A DNA stretch of 64,000 nt, taken from the NCBI GenBank assembly GCA_025360225.1, contig JANYCN010000049.1, positions 1,555 through 65,554 on the forward strand, in the 5' to 3' direction. The notes under the pieces were generated by a model. It saw nothing but the letters and a program-made list of their open reading frames with translations, ran no database searches and was not told the origin of the DNA. The stretch's first letter is position 1; each line of letters starts with the position of its first letter. This DNA is from Actinomycetes bacterium. GTDB taxonomy: Bacteria > Actinomycetota > Thermoleophilia > Gaiellales > F1-60-MAGs149. The translations under genes were made by a program, and so were the position numbers. Shown here piece after piece: positions 36,792 to 43,624 of this stretch.

Positions 36792-37915
36792 GCGCCCTGA
36801 CGATCCCGCCCGAGGCGGCTCGACGGATCATCGTCGAACGCCAGGGATTCGCTTCCCGCCCCCGCACGGCAACGGTCGACGAGCTCGAGCAGGCGATCAT
36901 CCAGCTCGGTTGCGTGCAGATCGACTCGGTGATGACGGTCGATCGGGCACACAAGCTGACGCTCGCGAGCCGTGTCGGCCGGCTCCCCGCTGACGGCCTG
37001 AACGACCTGCGTCGTCGCGGTCGGGTGTTCGAGTACTGGGCGCACGAGGCGTCGCTCCTGCCGATCGCCGACTACCCACTCTTTCACGCGACGCGAGCAC
37101 GGGGCGAGCACCCGTGGTACCAGGACGTCCTCGCAGAGAACCGTGAGCTTGCGCACCGCGTGCTCGCTGACATCGCGGAGACCGGCCCGAGCTCTGCACG
37201 GGCGTACGGCGGCGCCGGTGCCGGGTTCTGGAACTGGACGCCGGCGAAGAAGGTGTTCGAGGCGCTCTGGACGGCCGGCGAGCTCGCCGTCGCCGAGCGA
37301 CGCGGGTTCGAGCGTCTCTACGACCTGACCGAGCGGGTGATCCCGGCGGCCTACCGCACGGAGGTGCCGAGCGAGGAGGAGGTGATGCGCGCGTTCCTTG
37401 AGCGCGCCGTCCGATCGCGCGGGATCGTCACGGTCGACCGGTTAGCCGACTACTACCGCGTTCGTCCGCGGACGCGACTTACGCGTGCGCTTGGCGAGCT
37501 CCTCCGCGAGGGTGCGCTCCTGGCCTGCCGCGTCGGCGAGCACGCCGCCGTCTGCGACGCGGCGGCGGCAGCGCTCGTCGATGCCCCACCCGCTCCCGCC
37601 GCTCCCGTCCTGCTGTGCCCGTTCGACAACCTGGTCTGGGATCGCGAGGAGACCCGGCGGCTGTTCGGGATGGCACACCTGCTGGAGATCTACAAGCCAG
37701 CGCCACAACGGGTCTGGGGCTACTACGTCCTGCCGTTGCTGATCGGCGACCGGCTCGTCGCTCGTGTCGACGTGAAGTCTGACCGCAAGGCCGGGGTGCT
37801 GCGCGCGCTCAAGGTCACATGGGAGGGCCGAGCGGCGCCCTCCCAGCTCGATCGGGCGATGACCCGGCTTGCCGCGGCGCTGTCGCTCCCCGAGGTCGCG
37901 ATCGAGACGAGGTAG
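36788..37915 (+). CDS. Winged-helix DUF1006 protein, AlkZ/YcaQ-like DNA glycosylase family
   Basis: ARRIIVERQGF...QLGCVQIDSV...VFEYWAHEASLLP...PFDNLVWDREETRRLFG..YYVLPLL.GDRLVARVD. GTGA overlap with the GNAT gene. Confidence 0.75.
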   Translation: MSALTIPPEAARRIIVERQGFASRPRTATVDELEQAIIQLGCVQIDSVMTVDRAHKLTLASRVGRLPADGLNDLRRRGRVFEYWAHEASLLPIADYPLFHATRARGEHPWYQDVLAENRELAHRVLADIAETGPSSARAYGGAGAGFWNWTPAKKVFEALWTAGELAVAERRGFERLYDLTERVIPAAYRTEVPSEEEVMRAFLERAVRSRGIVTVDRLADYYRVRPRTRLTRALGELLREGALLACRVGEHAAVCDAAAAALVDAPPAPAAPVLLCPFDNLVWDREETRRLFGMAHLLEIYKPAPQRVWGYYVLPLLIGDRLVARVDVKSDRKAGVLRALKVTWEGRAAPSQLDRAMTRLAAALSLPEVAIETR

Positions 37916-37993
37916 CGCTCAAGAGGATTCGTCGTTTCGTCGAAGAACGTACAGGTCGTTCGAACCTTTCGTAACGAGATCGCGAAGAGGCAG

Positions 37994-38254
37994 ATGATGG
38001 GTGGCGTGGATCCTCGCTCGAAGCCCTTGACGTGCTGCCCTGCCTGCGCGTCGCGACTGATCTACCCGCTCTCGTTCATGCCCCACACCTCAGGCCGCGT
38101 CGTGATCGACCGTCGCTGCCCGGAGTGCGAGCACGTGGACCGCGTGGCCTGCGACCCAGCGGCGGCCGAGACCTGGGCGCGACGCGAGCAGCGCCTGCGC
38201 CTCGAGCTCGTCCACGCCGTGCTCGACCTCGAGATCGCAGCCGCGCTCGCTTGA
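37994..38254 (+). CDS. Small zinc-ribbon protein (86 aa)
   Basis: Two CxxC pairs (CCPACASRL...CPECEH). Preceded by a lower-GC 78-nt spacer. Confidence 0.55.
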   Translation: MMGGVDPRSKPLTCCPACASRLIYPLSFMPHTSGRVVIDRRCPECEHVDRVACDPAAAETWARREQRLRLELVHAVLDLEIAAALA

Positions 38255-38306
38255 CCTGAGGCGAAGGTTTCGGCAGACTCTCTCCACATCAACGATGGAG
38301 GGATCG

Positions 38307-38792
38307 ATGCGCAAACGCTACCTCGGGATCGCCGTGCTCGCCGGCGGGCTCCTCACGACAGGCGCGGTGGTCGGGATCGCGACCGCCGGCAACGCCAGCG
38401 ATGGCACTCGCGGCAGGGCGCTCGTCCTGATCGAGCATCCGGACACGGACACGGTCGTGCACCTGAACGCGGACGGCAAGGACCACGTCGGCGACCTGCT
38501 GCCGTTCAACAACCCCGTCTACGACGCCGCGAACAAGGTGAAGGTCGGCGACGATCAGGGCAACTGCATCCACGTGCGCGTCGACCCGGCGAACAAGACG
38601 GGCGCCTACGAGTGCAACTGGACGACGAACCTGAGCGGCGGATCGATCACCGTCGAGGGCGCGTTCCTCGACGCCGGACCTTCGACGCTCGCCGTGATCG
38701 GCGGCACGGGCCGCTACAAGCTGTCCCGCGGCACGATGGATCTCGCCCCGACGGCTGACGGGAACTACTCCTTCACGTTCCACCTGCGCTAG
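38307..38792 (+). CDS. Secreted protein, possibly dirigent/allene-oxide-cyclase-barrel-like
   Basis: GGAGGG RBS then ATG 38307. Signal peptide MRKRYLGIAVLAGGLLTTGAVVGIATAGNA, then GGSITVEGAF...VIGGTGRYKLSRG. Stop TAG 38790..38792 lies at the junction with repeat copy 2. Confidence 0.7.
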   Translation: MRKRYLGIAVLAGGLLTTGAVVGIATAGNASDGTRGRALVLIEHPDTDTVVHLNADGKDHVGDLLPFNNPVYDAANKVKVGDDQGNCIHVRVDPANKTGAYECNWTTNLSGGSITVEGAFLDAGPSTLAVIGGTGRYKLSRGTMDLAPTADGNYSFTFHLR

Positions 38793-38928
38793 TGGTCTGA
38801 TTGTGAGATGGCGTGGTCATTCGGCTGCCTGGATCGTCCTGCGCTGGTCGGCTCTGCCACCCGTCGGGTGGCTCTGCCAGCCAGCTGCGAAGCCCAAACG
38901 TCGCGCGCCGCGTGACAATCACACCACT
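38791..38928. mobile_element. Miniature TIR element, copy 2 (138 bp, internal-deletion form B)
   Basis: The left 33 nt are near-identical to copies 1 and 3. It shares GCCACCCGTCGGGTGGCTCTGCCAGCCAG and ACGTCGCGCGCCGC with copy 3. The right TIR is truncated to GTGACAATCACACCACT. Flanked by C-TA ... TA-G. Confidence 0.8.
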
Positions 38929-39092
38929 AGCGGTTCGTCGTGAGGAGCAAGCCTGACAAGCGACAGCAAGGGAGCTTGCCAGGGCACGTGACCGAGCTGG
39001 AGCGGAGCTCCTCCCGACCTGTCGGGCGAGGTCTCAGACGCCGCTCCGCAGCGCTCGAACCGCCACGTATTTTCGAGACGGTGCGCTAGGGC

Positions 39093-39746
39093 GTGCGAGA
39101 CGTCATCGTCTCGACGCACTTCGACGATGCCGTGCTCAGCCTGTTCTCCGTGCTCGCGGAACGGGCTGAGCACGCCGTCGTCCTCACCGTCTGTGGCGGC
39201 GTGCCGCCAGCCGGGGCGCTGTCAACGTGGGATGCCGCGGCCGGTTTCGCCTCGGGCGCAGACGCCGCGCACGCACGACGACGGGAGAACGTCGCGAGCT
39301 GTGCGCTGACGGGGGCGATCGCGATCGACCTGCCGTTCCTTGACGGCCCGTACGGAGCCCTCGACGGCTCGGCCGTCCGCGCCGTCGTGCTCTCAACGGT
39401 CGCTGAGGGCGATCGGCTCTGGATTCCCGCGGGCATCGGTCGACACCCTGATCATCTCGCGGTGCGCAGCGCCCTCGCCACCGTCGGCGCGACGGTGTAC
39501 GCCGACGGTGGGTATGCAGGCCGCTGGCTCCATCCTCCGCGCGCTGCCGCCGGCACTGTTGGACGGGTCGTGCGGCGCCGTCTCGACGACGCAATGATGG
39601 CGGCGAAGATCGACGCGGTGCGGGCGCACGCCTCGCAGATACGCGGGCTGACGGATGGCTTCCCCGACCTGCTCGACCCGCATGGTCGGCTGCGTCGGGA
39701 GCGTTGGTGGCCGGCGAGGGGGCCTACAATGCCGCCGGGCCGGTAG
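39093..39746 (+). CDS. PIG-L/LmbE-family deacetylase
   Basis: VIVSTHFDDAVLS (the AHPDD-type motif) and GRHPDHLAV. GTG start. The last 10 nt overlap the tRNA. Confidence 0.7.
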   Translation: MRDVIVSTHFDDAVLSLFSVLAERAEHAVVLTVCGGVPPAGALSTWDAAAGFASGADAAHARRRENVASCALTGAIAIDLPFLDGPYGALDGSAVRAVVLSTVAEGDRLWIPAGIGRHPDHLAVRSALATVGATVYADGGYAGRWLHPPRAAAGTVGRVVRRRLDDAMMAAKIDAVRAHASQIRGLTDGFPDLLDPHGRLRRERWWPARGPTMPPGR

Positions 39747-39807
39747 CTCGAAGGTCGAGCAGGGGACTTTTAATCCCTCGGCCAGGGTTCGATTCCCTGT
39801 CGGCCCA
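39737..39807 (+). tRNA. tRNA-Lys (anticodon UUU), no encoded CCA
   Basis: Hand-folded cloverleaf: acceptor GGGCCGG/TCGGCCC, D arm GCTC-GAAGGTC-GAGC, anticodon arm GGGGA-CTTTTAA-TCCCT, T arm CAGGG-TTCGATT-CCCTG, discriminator A. The D loop is non-canonical (G at position 14, C at 21) and the variable loop is 4 nt. Confidence 0.7.
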
Positions 39808-39809
39808 TC

Positions 39810-40271
39810 CTACGGTCGGGTGAACCGCGACTCGAATTCGAAGTGGTGGCGGGTAAGCCTGCGCGCCTCCTGCTGCGTCGACGCGGGCACGCGGCCCATC
39901 CCTCCCGGCGTCCCGAGCGCGCGACGGACGGCGTCGCGGTAGCGCAGCTCGGATCCCTCGTCGAAGCCCGTGATCGTCAGCAGCAGGAGCGGCGCGCCGT
40001 CGCCGGCCTTCGTCTGCCGCGTCACGCGGACACGTCCCGCGACCTCTCCCTCAGGGAAGGAGAGCCAGAAGTCTCCGGTCTTCGGCAGGCGGTCGGTCGG
40101 TTCGAGCGGCAAGCGCACCGCGATTCGATCGGAGCGCAACGCCTCGAGCGTCGCCGCCATCCGCACGCGCGCGCCAAGCAGGAGCCGCACGGCTACGGGA
40201 TCGAACGCCATGGTCTCATTCTGCGTCAGGTCGAGCCGTTCCGCGCGGCCGGTCTGCAGTAGCCGGTTCAC
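39810..40271 (-). CDS. Hypothetical protein (153 aa)
   Basis: GTG 40271 overlaps the stop of the upstream molybdoenzyme gene (GTGA). No motif recognised. ATG 40211 (MAFDPVAV) is an alternative start. Confidence 0.5.
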   Translation of the reverse strand: MNRLLQTGRAERLDLTQNETMAFDPVAVRLLLGARVRMAATLEALRSDRIAVRLPLEPTDRLPKTGDFWLSFPEGEVAGRVRVTRQTKAGDGAPLLLLTITGFDEGSELRYRDAVRRALGTPGGMGRVPASTQQEARRLTRHHFEFESRFTRP

Positions 40272-42304
40272 GCAGGAGCGACGTTGACCCGGCTATCGTT
40301 GTAGAGCGGTCCGTGCGCATGGCGCGTCACAGCGTCCGAGATGGTGACCTGACAGGAAGGACCGCCCCAGGCCGTGCGCCACCACCCCATCGGTGCGATG
40401 AGCACGCCCGGCCGCGTGTCGTCGGAGACGCGCGCGACCGCCTCGAACGCACCGCGGTCGTTGAACACGCGCGCGCGTGTTCCGTCGACGACGCCGTGGC
40501 GGGCGGCGTCCTCCGGGTGCAGGACGATCCAGGGCGTTGGCTGGGCTGCCATCTGCCGCGGCCCGTTGGCGAACGTCGAGTTCAGGTACAGCTGCGTCTT
40601 CGGCGTGATCATGGCGAGCGGGAAACGGTCGGCGCGCGCCTCGTCTGCGATCTCCCCGGGAGGGTCGTAGTACGGCAGCGGGTCCTCGCCGAGGGCGGCC
40701 AGCGCGTCGCTTCGCAGCTGGAGCTTGCCCGAGGGCGTCGGGAACGCGCCATCGCGGTGCGGCGTGTGGCCCTGCCCGAGGTCGATCTTCGTCCAACCAC
40801 GATCACGAAGCTCGTTGCGGTCGAGTGGAATGGCGCTCCCGTCCAGCAGCTCGTCGATGAGCTCGTCGTCTGACGCCCGCAACGCCGGGTGGTCGAGGCC
40901 CAGTCGGCTGGCGAGCAACCGGAAGATCTCCGTGTTCGATCGCGCCTCACCCACCGGCTCGATCGCAGGCTCGCCAAGGGTGAGGTAGTGATGGCCCCAG
41001 CTCGGGACGACGTCGCGGTGCTCGAGCGCGGTCGTCGCGGGGAGGATCACGTCGGCGTACCGCGCCGTGTCGGTCAGGAACTGCTCGACGACGAGGCAGA
41101 ACAGGTCATCCCGCTGAAGCCCTTGGAGGACGGCGGACTCGTTCGGCTCACCGACCACCGGGTTCGCGTTGTAGACAACCAGCGCCGTGACTGGGGGATC
41201 GGTGAGGCCGGTCAGCGCGCGCCCGAGCTGACCCATCGCGACGGATCGCACGGGGCGCTCGAGCAGGTCCGGGCGCTCGGCACCGACCAGCGGTAGCGCA
41301 GCGAACGTGGCGAGCGGCGAGTAGGAGAACCCGCCGCCCCGGTGCTGCCACGAGCCGGCGAGCGCCGGGAGGCAGGCGATGGTGCGATACGCCATCTCGG
41401 CACCGGCGTGGCGTTGCGCGCCGACCCCGAGGCGAACGAGCGTCGGCTGCCCTTCGGCGAGCGCCGTGGCCAACGTCGCGATCGTGTCCGCAGCGATCCC
41501 CGTGATCGCCGCACAACGCTCGACGGGATACTCGTCCAGACGAGCGATCAGGTCGTCGTAGCCGACCGTGTGTGCGCGACACCACCTCTCGGCGACGCGT
41601 CCCTGGTCGACGAGCGAGCGCATCAGGCCTAACGCGAGCGCGCCGTCGGTGCCAGGAACCGGAGCGAGGTGCTCGTCCGCGACCCGTGCTGTACGGCTGC
41701 GGTACGGGTCGACCACGACGAGCCGCGCCCCCTGCTGGCGGGCGCGAACGATCTGCGCCCAGAGGTGGGGCGCCGTCGCGATCGGGTTCCACCCCCAGAG
41801 CACGACGGTGCGGGCGTGATGCCACTCCTCCGGATCAACCTCGACGTCCTCGCCGTGCGTCCACGCCACGCCCATCATCGCCGCGGCATCGCAGACCGTC
41901 CGCTCGAGCGTCGTCGCTCCGAGGGCATGCATCAGCCGGCCCGACATCACGTTGCCCTGGATCGCTCCCTGGTTTCCGAGGAACGAGTACGGGAGCACCG
42001 TCTCGCCTCCGTGCCTCGCGACCGCATCGGCGATTCCCGCCGCAGCGACCTCGAGCGCCTCGTCCCACGACGTCTCCCGGAACGCTCCGGATCCCTTCGC
42101 GCCGGTTCGCACCATTGGCCTGAGGATCCGGTCGGGCGCATAGACCCGGTCAACGTACGTGCGTACCTTGCCGCACACGAACCCCGCCGTGATCGGGTGC
42201 GTTGGATCGCCCTCGACGCCGATCGCACGCCCACCCTTGACGGTGATCCTGATCGCGCAGTTGTCAGGGCAGTCGTGGGGACAGGCGCTCTGGATCACTG
42301 GCAT
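40268..42304 (-). CDS. Molybdopterin-dependent oxidoreductase (MopB superfamily) with an N-terminal 4Fe-4S motif
   Basis: MPVIQSACPHDCPDNCAIRITV (CxxCxxxC), then molybdopterin-binding and C-terminal beta-barrel blocks. The first 11 codons of the track ORF (from 42337) derive from the repeat element, so I start at ATG 42304. Confidence 0.85.
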   Translation of the reverse strand: MPVIQSACPHDCPDNCAIRITVKGGRAIGVEGDPTHPITAGFVCGKVRTYVDRVYAPDRILRPMVRTGAKGSGAFRETSWDEALEVAAAGIADAVARHGGETVLPYSFLGNQGAIQGNVMSGRLMHALGATTLERTVCDAAAMMGVAWTHGEDVEVDPEEWHHARTVVLWGWNPIATAPHLWAQIVRARQQGARLVVVDPYRSRTARVADEHLAPVPGTDGALALGLMRSLVDQGRVAERWCRAHTVGYDDLIARLDEYPVERCAAITGIAADTIATLATALAEGQPTLVRLGVGAQRHAGAEMAYRTIACLPALAGSWQHRGGGFSYSPLATFAALPLVGAERPDLLERPVRSVAMGQLGRALTGLTDPPVTALVVYNANPVVGEPNESAVLQGLQRDDLFCLVVEQFLTDTARYADVILPATTALEHRDVVPSWGHHYLTLGEPAIEPVGEARSNTEIFRLLASRLGLDHPALRASDDELIDELLDGSAIPLDRNELRDRGWTKIDLGQGHTPHRDGAFPTPSGKLQLRSDALAALGEDPLPYYDPPGEIADEARADRFPLAMITPKTQLYLNSTFANGPRQMAAQPTPWIVLHPEDAARHGVVDGTRARVFNDRGAFEAVARVSDDTRPGVLIAPMGWWRTAWGGPSCQVTISDAVTRHAHGPLYNDSRVNVAPA

Positions 42305-42320
42305 GACGGCAGGATACGCC

Positions 42321-42599
42321 AGTGGTCTGATTGTCAAATCGCGTGGTCATCGGACTGCCTGGATCGTCCTGCGCTTGCCGGCTCCGCCACCCGTCGGGTG
42401 GCTCTGCCAGCCAGTAACGGCGACCTTCGCGAGAACGTCGCGCGCCGCTTGCACTTAGCGTGTCAAGGCCTTCGCCTTGACACGCGTGCGAGCGGGCGTG
42501 CTATCCAGCACGCCCGCGATCAGCAACCGCTGCGCGACGCGCAACGCCCCCGCTCGCTCCAGACACCCAATGACCATGCCATTTGACAATCAGACCACT
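42321..42599. mobile_element. Miniature TIR element, copy 3 (279 bp, longest / reference form)
   Basis: TIRs AGTGGTCTGATTGTCAAATCGCGTGGTCAT and the reverse complement AGTGGTCTGATTGTCAAATGGCATGGTCAT match at 28/30. Internal hairpins: GCCACCCGTCGGGTGGC, GTGTCAAGGCCTTCGCCTTGACAC, GCGGGCGTGCTATCCAGCACGCCCGC. Confidence 0.85.
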
Positions 42600-43473
42600 A
42601 GCGAGGCCGCCGCGCGACGGCAACGCCGGCGAGGCACGCGGCGCCACCGAGCAGGGCGATGAGCGGCGGGCGCTCGCCCAGAAGCACCAGGGCGAGCACC
42701 ACGACCAGGGGCGGCACGAGGTAGGTCGTGGCGCCAAGCTTGCCGGCGGTCGTCCGGGCCAGGGCGTAGGCCCAGGTCGTGAACGCGAGCGCCGTCGGAA
42801 AGATCCCGAGGTACAGGATCCAGGCGATCTTGCCCGCAGCGGCGTGCTGTGCGCCGTGCACGAGCGACGGCGCGAAGGGCAGACACGCAACGGTGCCCGT
42901 CGCGCAGGCGAGGAACGTCACCTGCAGCGCGGACGTGCGGCGCAGGAGCGGCTTCTGCAGCACCACCGCCGTGCCGTACAAGCACGCGGCGAGCAGGCAG
43001 AGGGCTGCGCCGCCGGTCGAGGTTGCCCCGCCGCTGCGCAGCGAGAACCCGATCACGATCACGCCGGCGAACGCGATCGCAAGCCCGCTCAGGAGCGACG
43101 GTGGGAAGCCCTCCTTCAGGAGAACGCCAGCGAGCACCGCGATGACGATCGGCCCGACGTTCACGACCATCGCTGCCGTGCCCGCGTCGACCATCCGCTC
43201 CGCCTGGTTCAGGACGACGTTGTAGGCGCCGAACCAGAGGAGACCCACGCCGGCGATCGGGAGAAGGTCGCGGCGCGCAGGAAGCGGCTCACGGCGCACC
43301 GCGACGACCGCCCCGAGCGCGAGCGTGTCGAGCACGAGGCGTCCGAGCGAGAGCGCGCCCGGCGAGAAGGCGTGTCCGGCGCTGCGGATGCCGACGAACG
43401 CGGACGCCCAGAGCACGACGGTCGTCAGCGCTGCGACGAGCGGCAGCACGGAGGGCCTCGGCGTGACGCGCAC
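42598..43473 (-). CDS. EamA/DMT-family transporter
   Basis: Ten-TM-type sequence with duplicated EamA halves (LWASAFVGIRS..., GVLLKEGF...). GTG 43473 chosen inside track ORF 42598..43800. Stop TAG 42600..42598 lies in the repeat terminus. Confidence 0.8.
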   Translation of the reverse strand: MRVTPRPSVLPLVAALTTVVLWASAFVGIRSAGHAFSPGALSLGRLVLDTLALGAVVAVRREPLPARRDLLPIAGVGLLWFGAYNVVLNQAERMVDAGTAAMVVNVGPIVIAVLAGVLLKEGFPPSLLSGLAIAFAGVIVIGFSLRSGGATSTGGAALCLLAACLYGTAVVLQKPLLRRTSALQVTFLACATGTVACLPFAPSLVHGAQHAAAGKIAWILYLGIFPTALAFTTWAYALARTTAGKLGATTYLVPPLVVVLALVLLGERPPLIALLGGAACLAGVAVARRPR

Positions 43474-43587
43474 GGCGTGAGTGTATGACGCGCCAAGCGG
43501 TCGATCGGCGATGCGTTCGGCACCGGTGAGAAGGGAACCCGGGCAATGCGGCGCATTCCGCGTATGGTCAGAGTGGAAGCGGGAACG

Positions 43588-43610
43588 TCGCGCGCCACGA
43601 TGGCGCGCGA
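43588..43610 (+). promoter_or_regulatory. Perfect 10-bp-stem palindrome TCGCGCGCCA-CGA-TGGCGCGCGA just upstream of the RBS of the giant surface protein gene
   Basis: Read directly from the sequence. The RBS GAGGAG follows at 43616..43621 and the ATG at 43625. Confidence 0.4.
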
Positions 43611-43624
43611 GAATCGAGGAGCAC

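Noticed and set aside
38929-39063. 135-nt segment right of repeat copy 2 closed by an 8-nt inverted repeat (GCGGTTCG ... CGAACCGC) with internal palindromes (GGAGCTCC, CCCGACCTGTCGGG)
   Set aside because: The terminal repeat is short, there is only one copy in the window, and I recognise no family. Evidence is insufficient for a second element or sRNA.
43500-43560. Cobalamin- or c-di-GMP-riboswitch-like leader (GGTGAGAAGGGAACCCGGGCAATGCGG)
   Set aside because: The GGTG..AAGGGAA string is reminiscent of the cobalamin riboswitch core. I could not find the B12 box (GCCACTG) or the rest of the consensus, nor GEMM-type CGCAAAGC/GAAA features. It needs a covariance-model scan before any claim.
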